Below are positions 25,022 to 38,482 of a stretch of 64,000 nucleotides of DNA, in pieces (position 1 is the stretch's first letter; every line of letters begins with the position of its first letter). The stretch covers positions 1 to 64,000 of the forward strand of contig NOWV01000207.1 of the NCBI GenBank assembly GCA_003344405.1. The letters run 5' to 3'. Below the pieces are notes generated by a model. That model was given only the letters and a program-made list of their open reading frames with translations, was not told where the DNA came from and ran no database searches. The position numbers and the translations under genes were made by a program. This DNA comes from Trichoplax sp. H2. Taxonomy: Eukaryota.

Positions 25022-28000
25022 GATCGGCTATGGTGATTTTATACGATTTAGTGACGCCAAAGCCTTAACTATAATTTATAAGAGAGCCTATAAATGAACA
25101 ATGAAACAAATTTTGGATCTTCAGCGTTATAATACTATGGAAACATTTCATATAAAATAGTGATATGTATACTTGAAGATATGAATTATACTTGACGTTG
25201 CTCAAATCTGATATTTTGATTTCTAGGAATTTATTAAAGTAGATTAAAACAGTATATTAAAAGTAAATTATCAGTCTTTAGCTTTCAATTTATTCGCTAG
25301 TTTCATCTGTCAATTCATTAGTGTTCGTAATCTGCACTGCTATGACAACCACAGGCGTTAGCTCAATCAATTAATAATAAATCTCTTTAATACCGTATCT
25401 ATCTCTATTTAATAATGGTCTACTACCTTCTACCAAGGAATGAAAGGTATACAATTACTTAAAGGAAAATACTAAATTTACCGATTATAAAAATTCATTA
25501 TTTTGTACAATAATTGGCTAAAAAATACCTTTTAACATGTAGAATTTGGGGGAAAATCTATTAGAATTTGAGTATCATACTAACTTTCTTGTTGGCAATA
25601 GCAAAATTAATTTCAAAACGAATTGAACGCTTCATAAAACAAATCCGAAAATTCTAACTGGCAGACCTATTATACCAATAATAATATTACCAGTCAGTTA
25701 TAATCTATACTCTAAAAAATAAAAAGAACAAAATTCTCATATACATTTCATTAGATATAAGAAAGAGAGAATATAGAAAAACTTACATTAAAGCTGTAAA
25801 GTTACTGCATGCATATATACTAGTAGTAGAAAGATGACACTAATTTGCTAACGGTATCGATCGGAGTACTGACTAAGGTATCTAAGTAACTGTAATACAT
25901 CATGCTCTAAGTACGCATACTTGCGTCAGCTTAACGATGCTATTAACGCTCTGATAAAATGAAAACTCGTAAATAATTATAAAACTTTGTCACTATAGTT
26001 ATAAAAGACAGTAACTAATCGGCATTTTTCTGAGTTTAACAATCAGTTATTAAGATTTGAAATTCAAGTACTACGTGAATTTCAGGTAACCACAGTAAAT
26101 TCCACGAAATGTATCGTAATTAACTTGATTCATTAATGCACTCTTCTTCGTAAGATTCTAGTGGTATCTATTTTTCTTGACTTAGAAGATAGTATAACCG
26201 TTCAGTATATTTGATGTATTGCACGAGAACTAATTCATCCGCGAATGCGGGAAATTCTCGAGGTACTCCGACTAATGTACTAATTCGACCACTTCTACAC
26301 AAATAATCAATACCTGGCCGATATCTATTAGTCCTAGGTTACTCTTTATTTGAGACCAGGTAATGATCCAAAACGACGTTAAATATTATCAGACCTTGCG
26401 GTCTAACTGAGACAATATAGATCATGAAGGATCTCACTACTGAACGTAACTAAATCAAACGGCGCACACGAATGTAGTTAGACTTCTCAAGCGATTATAA
26501 TTATTTATGATGGACGATAACTGTCAACTACTAACTGAAACCCTAATGAGTTGACTGACTAGAGTCGAATCAGTATTCGATAGTAGATATCGATATATAC
26601 GCGTAAATAAAATTACACTTTATTTCTTTTAGAAAATATTAATTGTATTGGGTGTCTTTTAAATTTGGTACTTCTTTTGCTTGGAAATTACTAAAGTAAA
26701 AACAAAACAGAATTATAAAGGGAATTAATTCGGTCTTCAATCTACTAATTACCAGTTATTAAATTCTATCAATCAATATATTAGCGCTTTTTAACTGTTA
26801 ATGTAGGAAAATTACTGACAATAGCCTAATCTTGTAATAATGGAACTCTTTGATTTCATCTTTACCCTATTCGTTATTACCTTCCGCCTAGAAAATAAGC
26901 TTTATACAGTAATTGTTTGCCGGGAACACAGATAAGTCTGACTATAAATTATTGTTTCTTTGCTTTGCTGATAATTCTTGAATGTAATATTATTAGCCTA
27001 ATTTAAATTTATTCTATTTATACCTAATATGATCTTTTAAGTCATTGTCTTTAATTTACAAAAAACAGTTTCAATTGCTCTAAAATCTACCTAATATGCT
27101 GTATTAAGCAATTCGTACTCCATACATTAAATTTACCATATACATACGTACAGTATAAATAAGCTATTACTTCTTATGGCTTAAATATTCATGAATAGTA
27201 ATAGTCCCACACCTGCCATCTTATATAAATGTATATAACGTAATAATTTAATACGTAGTAAGGTAGCTTAATTAATATTTAATTTATTTGTTATTATATT
27301 CTGTAAACAAAATATTATCGTTACAGACGTAGTTGCATTTCCGATGAATCTTTGCAAAATGGCTCAATACTCTGATCGAAATTAAATCACGTCACACATA
27401 TATTAGCTATTAAAAGAGCTTACTATAAATTAGGCATAACTTGACTTAAATTAGAGCAGGTATTGTTAGATAAGCCAAAAGTTATATTGAGCGAAATTTA
27501 AAAAGAAATACTAGTTATTGCTTAATGCCTTAAACAAACTTTATTAAAATTTTTATATAAGGATAGGCGTATGATTCCGATTAATGTTAGAAATACCTAT
27601 TTATCATATTATATATTCAAAAATTACTCACCATAAGCTTCTATTGAATCTTTCTGGCATTAGATTATTGTAAAATAAAATGCTATCGCATTGTAATAAA
27701 TAGGTTTTTAATCTATTTTATCATTTCATTCATCATCTACGATTACTTTATGAAGTACAAGAAAATATTCCATGTCACATGTAGAAAGGCTTTACTAAAT
27801 ATTACTATTGAACTTTCAAAACACATTGCTACTGTAGTTTATAGTATTTGCTACATGTACTTTCCAATTTTCCTTTAAAGCATTGTAAATTAACGCAGTA
27901 TTGTGATTGTAGACTATATGCCATGTTTAGTATGATGTGCTTTAGTGTCTGTTCTATATTTATCATGTGATATATTTAGTAGCCCATAATTATAGACTGT

Positions 28001-31000
28001 AATGATAGACTCTATACTAGAGTATAGATGAGTATATACAGTGAGATGTTGAGCTACTAGTAAGGTTAGAAGTAGAAATAGAATTGTAAATCATACATTA
28101 AAATAGGCTAAATGCATTGTACTTTGAGTGGTGGAAATAATATCTACCAAAATACTGTAATCATTTCCATATTGGATTAATGATGGTTCGCTGTAAAATA
28201 TTGTAACTAATAATAAGTTGAATATGTGTAAAATATGATAGAATGCTACTATACTGATTGTAGCTGCGAAGGCTAAGGAGAATATTAAAGTCGGCGACGT
28301 TAGATTATCTGATTGTTCTTTCCAGAAGTCTTTTAGTAGTTATATCTAGCTAGAGTAGAGCTGTGTGTAGCTAGTCTTTGCATTAGATTTAATAAAGTTC
28401 TAATTTTATAAAACTTTTGAATTTTCGTCTTCGGATTTTATCATAGGCATTGTTATATGTTCGTGTCGCTTGCAATCTGTTCTACGTTTTTTAACTGTCT
28501 TGGTTTACTACTATAAAATAACACGGTTAAATAAATTTTGCAGTATAGCCATCTACAAAATCGTGATGAAAAAATCAAAATTATTTATTGGAAGTGTTTG
28601 AAATCCACGGATGAAAAGAAGACAGATTTGATTTTATCACATTATTTAGAAGGATTCCTGATTAGACTAACAAATTAGTTCCTGTACTGAATTAATATGG
28701 ATCAATGCCATCCTTTTAACAAAGCTGCAATAATGCTATTTATATGAGAATAATTCTATTAATCTCATAAATTTTTTCAGTAATCACTTGTTTAGCAGAC
28801 TATATGCATAATCCAGATAATAATCTAAACATTCTATAAGTAACGGGCAATGTACAATACTAGAATATACAACTTTCGATTCAAAGAAATGAATTTGTTT
28901 CATTACTTATTAAATTACTACTTTCATCAAAACTATTAAACTTGTAAAGATTTATGGTTTATAAAGACACTTGAAATTGTGCATCTTTATGGTACTAAAA
29001 TGTCTTCTGTATTGAAATCGTAGGACACTGCTCAAAAGCTATGAAAATTAGAAGTAATTAGTTAATTAAACGGACCTAACATTACCTATATTTTAGCCAC
29101 GATATTACATTTTATTATTCGTGATTACAGTGTAAGATATTTATACTAGAGCATAATCTATCGTAAAACTCTAATAAATTAGTTAATATTAAATATATTT
29201 AATTTCTCAAGAACTAGATTCTTATGTTAACTTTACAGTGCAGCAATAGTAAATTTCCAAACCTCAGTTTTTCCACGAAAAGACAGATTAAGAAAGAGAA
29301 AAATAATTTAATACTATAAAACTTTAACGTCATCTACAGTATAGCATATTCGTACGTGCAGTGCGATATAGAGTACAAGGTATTCTTCACAGCTACCAAA
29401 CATTCGTAATGCTAAAGACTCTATAAGACATGGTAATTAGTTACAATTCTCTATATACTCTGCTACATTGAGGCTTGCTCTACTTTCTAGGATATGTATA
29501 GAGACTTAATGTTATCGTACTTCATGCTAATACTACGATAACATGAAATTAATGATATTAGGTCCTCAAAAATCATATCAGATTTTTTATAACCAAGTGT
29601 AGATCCAATATAATGCTTAATTTTCACTTACAGTATTAAAATAGAACTCTACAGCAACTATCGTAGTATAAAGAAATAAACTCTGTTTAAAATTCTTTGA
29701 TACAAGTCAATTACAGATATATTAATTAATTACAAGCATGTTTTAATCAGTTTACATATCAATTTCTAACAAGCATTGGACAGAAAATGATGCTTGAACT
29801 TTACGTAACTAAAATTGTTTTCATATTCATCAATTGTTCTGTTAATCTTAATACATACTGCTTTGAGTGTGAATATTCACCTTACATTAGCATATTCACT
29901 TATACCGAATGTAATTATACTCGTATGCCTATAATTACAAGGAAATAAAATTTAATTTACTGAATTTGCAGCATCTGAGAGTCAAATTGTTAAAGATAGT
30001 AGTAGAAAGTGGCGCTCAGGTGACACTAGCAAGTTCAAATAGCAGACTTAACTATGTTGTAATCTTAACTTTTGTAATTGCGTACGGTTTAGAATGTAAC
30101 TTGCGCGTAAAAGATATATCAGCCTTATCTATACGCATTTTCCACTACGAATACTTGTATTTATATGGTATAGTATTCAAGTATTTGACATTCAATTGGT
30201 TTCTCAGAGCTCGTAGTCGAGCGTGTATGATTTGTAAGTTGATTTTCTCATCAGAGATTATGAACCCTCCATCGCCAGGTAATAATTTAGGATTCTTGTG
30301 CATTGCATTATTCTTAGCTCTCAGTTAAGAGCAGTGTAGTTAATAAAGAAATAAAGTATTAATTAACCGAACATCACCATGTCGCTATGAGGCAGTAAAT
30401 CGAATATATCAACTATCCGATAGTCGGAGTACCTCGTGAGCTACCCCAGCTCCGTTTCATCACGGTATAACGAATGGTAACAAACTTGATTTATTGATAT
30501 ACTTCCCTCAAGTGCATAGACAGTACCAATCTGTACTCTTTTTGACCAAGTAAATAACCGGATTATTAAGGAATGAAAGAGTTTGTAACTAGGAGGAAAA
30601 AAACACTAGTGCTTCCGAACTGGCACTTCGTGCCAGCATTACTTTTCCATAGTTGATATCAAAGTAAACTGTATTGCAATGAGTCTTGAAAGCAAATTGC
30701 TGCCACCCATAAAATTTGTCATAATTTTTTGTTCATTTTACAATAACAAAAACGCGGAATGATCGTTGGTAGGATACAATTAGTGACAAAATAGTATGTA
30801 GAAGATAACCTTCCAGGCTCTGTTCATCGTGTATTCGAAGAAAGCATGTGAACATAAGTCTGAATAAATGACAATAGCAGCAACAGAAATAACAGAGCTG
30901 TAACGATGAAGCTAACATTAGTTGTTCAATAAATTAACAGCATAATATAATTGTTACATGTGGCTGCTGAAATACTAATAGCGTTGTTGTAATAATACTA

Positions 31001-34000
31001 TACGGTACAGAAGTTAAAGTTACTAGTTGATTATAATTATATTATTAATGTGATATGGTACAGCACCTCACATATACATTAGCGAAAATATCTGGTATTG
31101 TATGTTATCAACTGAGCGATAAGAACAGTAGGTGAGCTGGTGTATAAGATTGAGCTCATAAATTAAAAGGTTTCTTCTTTAATGAACGGGTTTGAAGCCC
31201 ATTTAATGACACCGTATATCATCTACAATTACCTTATGAAGTACAAGAAACTATTCTACGTCACATGCTGCAATACTCTATTAAATATTACTATTACACT
31301 TTCAAAATACATTACTGCTGTAGCTTGCTAAAACTACTAAATGTACTTTTCCATTTTTCTTGAAGACATTTTCATACTTTTACGTCGCTTGCAATCTATC
31401 CTAAAATCTTGAGCTGCTATGATTTCTACTATAAAAATGATGCAATGTAGCAGTTCGCAGAATTTCTGATGAAAATCTTTAGCGCATTTGCAATTATTAT
31501 TTGTTGGAAGTGTCTAAAATCGACGGATAATATAGAGGTAGATTTTATTTTATCATATTATCTATATGAATTACAAATTTGACTAATGAATCAGTTCTTG
31601 TATTAAATTAATATCGATCAATGCCATCCTTTTTACGAAGCTGGATTAATGCCTTTGTTACAAAGCTTGCTCCTTATTTTTGCTTAAAAATTAAAAATTA
31701 TTTACAACCGTAATATCCTTGTTGTTTGATAGTAAACCTATTTGCTGCAAGTTAGGGTTATTCCTAACTAGTAATAACCGAATATAAAATGCCCTTATTG
31801 ATAGCCATATAATATTCTTGTAATAACAGTACTTTATCAACTACTTTGGATAATTCATACTAATACACAAAGAAGGACAGGCCCCACAGATTTATTAGAT
31901 GAAAGAATCCTTGATATGCAGCGATTTACAGCAGTGTATATTACATTACTATCTGTTTCCACTTTTTAAGTCCTTTTCTCGTCTCTTTTGATCTTTGGGT
32001 TGGAGAACTTCTTCTTTTATACATCTGATCAGATCATTGCACTTTCGTAAACACACTTGTAGATAACTTTTAGTTGATACCTTATATTTTGCTTTCATAA
32101 TATTCGTTAAATAGAGTATTGATACATTTAGTATTAGTATTAAATTTCTCGATACGTGGCGGTCAGAGTTCTTTGTTTTCTATTATTCTTTCATTACAAT
32201 TCCTGATTATTACGTGATAGTTTCATTCTAACCTTTGTATACTGTGTAAACTTTTGATCTTATACTGTACAGTTTTATATTGCAGTATTACTGAGTACTT
32301 AAACCCTATTTTTCTTATCATCTCATCATTACAAATAGATTTAGTACAATTTATATATTTATCGAAATTAATCATTATTTAAACTTTATAGCATGTATAT
32401 TGTAGCAAAATTTGGTATCTATTGTTTACATAAATGCGGTATAATCTTGCAATAATATCAGCTAATTGCAGTATTTATATTCTAGAAAAATACAGTGATA
32501 GTGCAGCATTTAGGGTTAAGAACCCATACACTGCAATTCTATTCTTAGTAAAACTTATTTCCCGCCATGCTCCAGCATTATACCATACTGTATATGTATA
32601 ATCGATATTTAAAAACTTTTACTGTGGAAATCTCTTTATACTCTAGTTAAATTGTATCGCAGAGCTACCTTAGTGTAGAAGTAGTATACTTTAATTAGTC
32701 ATTCGCATTCACAAATAGTTTCTTTCTGCTATACATTTTACATTATAAAAGCTGTCTTCATTAGTCGATCTCGTTGGTTACTTCTGGTAGTTACATTGCA
32801 AGCTTTTACACTTTACCTAATCTAACATGCTATAGCTACTCTACTAATCATGCCGTTATTCATACAGTAACTTTGCAGCTATCCTCTTCATACTAGTTCA
32901 ATAAAAACTACTATGTCACTAGTCATTCTCTTCTAGTTTTTTACAATTATGATGGATGATCAATCTTCCCGGAGAACAACACGATACATCTGAGGCATGA
33001 TTTTAAGTGTTATAACTAGTAATTTGGGTAAAATACATACACTACCGGTAGGTCTTTTCGGATGGAAGTAATAAACTATTAAACTGCGAATAAAACATTA
33101 GATTACTATTTATCAGTCAGCTTTACACAGTAGCTATAACTTATACTTATAATTTTGCATGATCTTTAAAAATAATAGGGTACAAAACTCAATAGTATTG
33201 TGCGTTTCTAGGTTTGTACTAATTCTTAAAGAATTATTCTTCTTTATTAAATTATTTTTCATGCTGTGAATCTGTAGTAAATCAAATTGTTGATTTGTGA
33301 TAATTTAATATCATAGCTGTGAAATTTTATTGACTTTTTATCTACATCAATTAATGCATATATTTAGAATTACATGATATCAAGATAAAGTATTTTCGTA
33401 GCTTACAGCAGTCTACATAGATAGTCTATTACACAATCTTACTTTAATTTAGAGTCTTTCTGACCCTACCGTTGGTATTCTTGCTATTTATGTCTAAGTA
33501 TCTAAACACTTCATAATTCAGATATCGTTTCTTTCTTGCCTGTATAACTTACTTATATTTAAGTGCTAGATGCGTAATTCGATACCTTAATAGGCTTTCA
33601 TTCCATCATCAAGGTTAATTTAGCATTAACTATTTAACGATATATGTTAAGAAAGGAATACTAATCAGAATCCAACTACTTTTTAGCTTTTTCGTACGAT
33701 TATGTTATTTCGCAATATAAACGTTTTAGCAACTGAATAACTGTAAGTATTGATTCTAGTTATCACACTGTAAGATTTAATAATTTTTATAGAAAAAACC
33801 TAAAAGTCATTAAATTATTCTCAGCTTAACTAATTCTGTTATTATAGATTACAGTACATGCATACTAAAAATACGCTTAGAATTTTAATGCAGATGAAGT
33901 AACGTAATGATATTAATCAGTATTTAGTTTCAATTGTTTAAGTACAACTAAAGTATTATCTACATTTTCGTGCTGTTACTTAAAAGTATACATGCAGGAA

Positions 34001-34250
34001 TCGTAAATATGATATGATATTATTTCAATTACACGCCAAGGAATGCTTTACAACTAAGATTAATAATCATATACCTACTTAAGTACGAATTTTATATGTT
34101 GCTTTGAAATTTGTTTGGGAATACATAAAGTTATATAATTTTCGTCAAGCTATGTAATCAGCATGTAAGTAGAACATTAAGTCATCATGAAATATAATAG
34201 CATTTTACACGAAATTGTAACAAGTTGGCTTTAGATATGGATATTTCGAA

Positions 34251-35231
34251 TCAGCAATTGATTTTACGAGCACATAATTGGCGAATTTTTTTGCTTTTGA
34301 TCAAGTAGACAATTGGATCAAATATCGGAGAAATATTTATGAAGAATCCAATAAAGTAATTTGTATTATTGTTAATTAAGTAATTTTCAATTGCAGATGT
34401 AGTTACATGACTCCTAAGACAAATAACGTTAACTAATGCAATCATTAAGGGAAATTCAAATATTATAAAAAGTGTAGAAATACAAATTAATGATACAATA
34501 ATTCTTTTTCTTTGCCTCTGCCCTTCAGTTTGGTCTCTAAAACGTTTTCTAGTAATCATTGAAATTTGTCTCAGTCGCCTTATGATTCTAATATAGCAAT
34601 ATAACATTATGCATATGGGCATTAAATAGCCAAATAAGAGGAAATATAATGCCAAGAGTACAATTACAACGGATCCTTCTTTGATTTGTAATAAGCAAAT
34701 ATACCGATATTTTGTATCAGGAATAGGTACAACATCAGATATAATACACACGGGCGCAATAGCCAATAACAGCCACATGGCTAATAATGTAATGATAATA
34801 TGTCTACCCTTCATACGAGGCTTTGCAGGATGGACTATTATTCGGTATCTTTCGAACGATATCAATACTAAGGTATAGCTGTGTAAGGTTATGCCCATGA
34901 ATGCAAAAAAAACTACCATTTTACATGTAGGATTCAAGATTGCTACCGGCCAACTAATGAAATAATTGCCATAAAGTGCACCAACGTAAATAAATACAGG
35001 AATAACAAAAAGTAAATCACAAATTGCCAAATGGAAAATTAGGCTATCAAATAGAGATTTTATCTTATTAACTTTGATTATCATGATAATGATGGTGAAA
35101 TTGATAAGGAATCCTGATGCGTGAGCTAGTACGATGAAGATACAAGGCAGTAATGTATTAGCAGAGATGCTTGAAACCTGCTTGGTTGCATTGAAGGAAT
35201 GGTTATTACCACAAGTTGTAAATAATACCAT
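34251..35231 (-). CDS. Intronless rhodopsin-family GPCR, 326 aa; more divergent member of the same cluster
   Basis: HLAICDLL, WP.AILNP.CK, ISFERYRIIVHP and DPIVY; shares the cgatcATGG start context with the other two. Confidence 0.95.
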   Translation of the reverse strand: MVLFTTCGNNHSFNATKQVSSISANTLLPCIFIVLAHASGFLINFTIIIMIIKVNKIKSLFDSLIFHLAICDLLFVIPVFIYVGALYGNYFISWPVAILNPTCKMVVFFAFMGITLHSYTLVLISFERYRIIVHPAKPRMKGRHIIITLLAMWLLLAIAPVCIISDVVPIPDTKYRYICLLQIKEGSVVIVLLALYFLLFGYLMPICIMLYCYIRIIRRLRQISMITRKRFRDQTEGQRQRKRIIVSLICISTLFIIFEFPLMIALVNVICLRSHVTTSAIENYLINNNTNYFIGFFINISPIFDPIVYLIKSKKIRQLCARKINC

Positions 35232-38200
35232 GATCGAGTAGACTAAACCTAGATAAATTAAAGTTAATTGATGTCTCTATTTGATGATATGTCTAGATAT
35301 GGTATCAAGAAATAATGTCCAAGTTTGTAGCTGATAATAAATTTAATATACTGTTGAATATTAATTCAATCTTAAACGAATCCTATGCCAAGCATTTAGA
35401 AGTAATACGAAATGAGTCTATCTAAATAAATTTATAATCAATAATAGTGTGTTACTATGTAATTCTACTACAGCTATAGAGAAAGATCTTTTAAATGCAA
35501 TCAATATCTGTTGATTCGCTGCATCTATATGGCAATCAATAAACAGCCGTCTTTTAATCAAATCCAGACATGCAGTTGTAAATAATTGCAATGCGTTATT
35601 GTACTAGTATGTATTATTGTATTATTCGGAAATTAAATTTATCAACTTTTATGATATTCTTGTATGATTACCAACTATAGATTTGAAATACATCTTTACT
35701 AAACACGGTCAGTAACAGTTTACAATATCTGTCTTATTGTGTATGAATGAAAGCCGATTTTATTATTTACGATATCATTTTACTGGTTATTGTTAATGAT
35801 GGTGAGCACCTGCTGAAAATTATTTCCAATTTTATGCCTGTTACAATTGATCAATATTGTATTGAAATCTTGCTTGATAAAATAGCTCCAGTACGGAAAA
35901 TAGATTACTCGAGCTATAAAGTGATCTCCAGACACATGCCATACTAGAGCATAGTCTATTTTCTGGTGGCTTATGCTTGTAAAATAGGACTCTATGTTAA
36001 TTAATACAGAGACCGAATATGGAATTAAGATATATTATACGGAGAAATAATATTGTCCTTTGCAAAATAAGAATGTGTAAATTTTTTTATTTTTTTATTT
36101 ATTGCCCTTGATATCCTCGTATTTTTAGATTTATGAAGCTGAAATATCTTAGTGTTTAACTAATTAATTTTATTTTCCTTCCAGTACGAACATGGTTAGT
36201 GTTAAGAACTCATTTTAATATAAGCTGTTGCAACATAAATATAATTATTATCCCAAGTAGAAAACTTAGTAAATAATAATCAATGAATGAATATAGTCTA
36301 TGAATTAATCTGATTTTAATATCTATTAGTATTACAGATATGTGATATACGTAGGTATTTTGCATCATTCTAAAGTAAATCTGGAATTTTTGCACTATCA
36401 AGATTGGAACCTAAAAATTTCTATCAAGATCGCGCTATATCGCTCTATCGACCAGTGGTATTGAAATTAAATAGAGATGTATACAGGCAGTTAGGACGGT
36501 AGCGCTATAATAATTTTAGAACTCCTTACTACATTATCCAGCAAGAATACCGAAATATAAACTAGTTCGGTAAAGGTAGTACAGAGTCCACGCGATAAAG
36601 TGAAGACTATTCGTTTGTCATGATGGTCACAGTATCGTGTTGTCCTTGTAAGTAATGACAAATTCAGTCGAAGATTGAAAAATAATTATTCTGCCCCAGT
36701 GTACGATACCAATAATATCTAGATTCAATCCATATTCCTTTATTTGAAAGCAAATTCAAGGGCATACCTACTTATTTATTTAAATCGATGGATTTTCGTG
36801 AAGAATCCAATATGATATCGTTAGTACGATGCCAAAGAAACAAAATGAAATGCATAAACTACGTGAGTTTTATTACAGAAATCATATCATACCAAAATAT
36901 CAATAAGTGATCAGTCGTAGTTTATAGCGCTAGTAAAATGATAAGTTTATCCGTAATTGACTTTCTGTAACTTTTTGATGAATTAGTAGATTATAGATCG
37001 TTATTAAGCGATTACAAGACTGTCATACTTCAGAATAGAAATTTTTCTGTTAACTATAAATTTGTACACACTGATAAGTTAATCTTCTTATACATAGAAG
37101 GAAACTAAAGGCCACCATGACGAAGGTTGATTACCGATCAGGTGTCAACGTTTAATAGAAATCGATCGCAAAATGAAATTTCTTCAGTGTTTACTTTTGC
37201 ACATTCATTGTACTATCGCATATCATATCACAATCTGGCTATGATAATTAATATAATTGTTATTCTCTAACATAATAACAAATTTCTCCATTCATTTCTC
37301 AAATTGCAATTTCTTAGAAATAGTCAGTAATGGACGTGAATTGAAAAGACTATAATCTAATTATTAATTCATCAGTAATAAAACTGTCTGTAGCCCTTCG
37401 GGATATTATTCTTGATTAGTTTATTTTAGAATTAGGTATTTGTTATTGTGCTTCCTTAAATCAACTTCTATTCATTTGTGAGTGTTCTACAATTCGGTTT
37501 ACCGCCATTCTCAAATACCGTTCAGGCGTTCAAGACGTGATTGTTGATTGTGTTATTTAAAGAATTTTTATTATCACAAGATAATTCGATAGGACTACTG
37601 GTTAAAAGATACAAGTATGGTTATGGTGCGCCATCGGTCTGAGTAGAATATGTCCTTTTGATACGGTAACGTGATATGATCCAACATGGACTTGGGACTT
37701 TTATAAATTCCGTTCTAGATTTCATTACTCATGCCTTTAGTTCTTTGCAAATACTTTGGAATACCGCATTGGTTAAAGCTAATCCATAGCAACAACTGAC
37801 TCATTGGAGCTGTTCGAACCTGGCTTTGCATCGATGCAAGTTAGAGCTAGCTATAAATTCTTATGCTTACATCCTTAGTAGTGAAAATAGGATACTTTAA
37901 GCAAATTGTGTAATAAAATAACTCTAAAGTGATGAGGACAAATTGATTACGCCAATTTAGTAAGTCAATGAATGCGATTTGGACATGACATGCAACATGC
38001 AGTAAAATGGTAACTAATAGAGACATACTATATAAGTTGTACCTAACCACGATGAAAATCAGTCTGTGAACTACTGTTTAGGCATGATAGCCAAAATGCT
38101 CAATAGAAATAATGACAGTTTGCCTATCATTGCAACTAAATGTTCAATTGTGAGGCAGATAATGTACCTATTTATGGGTTCCCTTGAGGTCTGATAATAA

Positions 38201-38380
38201 ATAATTATAAGTAGAGGTGAAAGTCAGTAGCAATGCTGAGTCTGGTAAGCGCAGCGGCTATTGCCTTATTGAGTAGTATAGTCAGTTAAGTGCCATTGAT
38301 AAATGGAAATCATTGCCTGTGTTGGCAACTATTGCCAATTAATCATGGCTGCAATAGAGTNNNNNNNNNNNNNNNNNNNN

Positions 38381-38482
38381 AACTTAAAGACACTATCACT
38401 TTGTAGGTATTTTGTATAGTAAAATAATACTAATTACATACTAAAAACTACAAAGGACTCTACTTTTAGTCCTTTTACTACA
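38381..38482 (-). mobile_element. Terminus of a probable allele-specific insertion (minus strand begins TGTAGT); remainder in the gap
   Basis: Right of the gap ...TTTTACTACA|CTATATAAGTTGTACC versus left copy ...GAGACATA|CTATATAAGTTGTACC; subterminal hairpin AAGGACT...AGTCCTT. Confidence 0.4.

Noticed and set aside
29966..30918. ORFs 29966-30328 and 30733-30918
   Set aside because: No recognisable domain, no supporting exon structure, and they lie in decayed repeat-like sequence.
37600..37850. Minus-strand frame interrupted only by TGA codons (possible recoding or organellar insert)
   Set aside because: The translation resembles no protein I recognise and the stretch is short enough to be chance.
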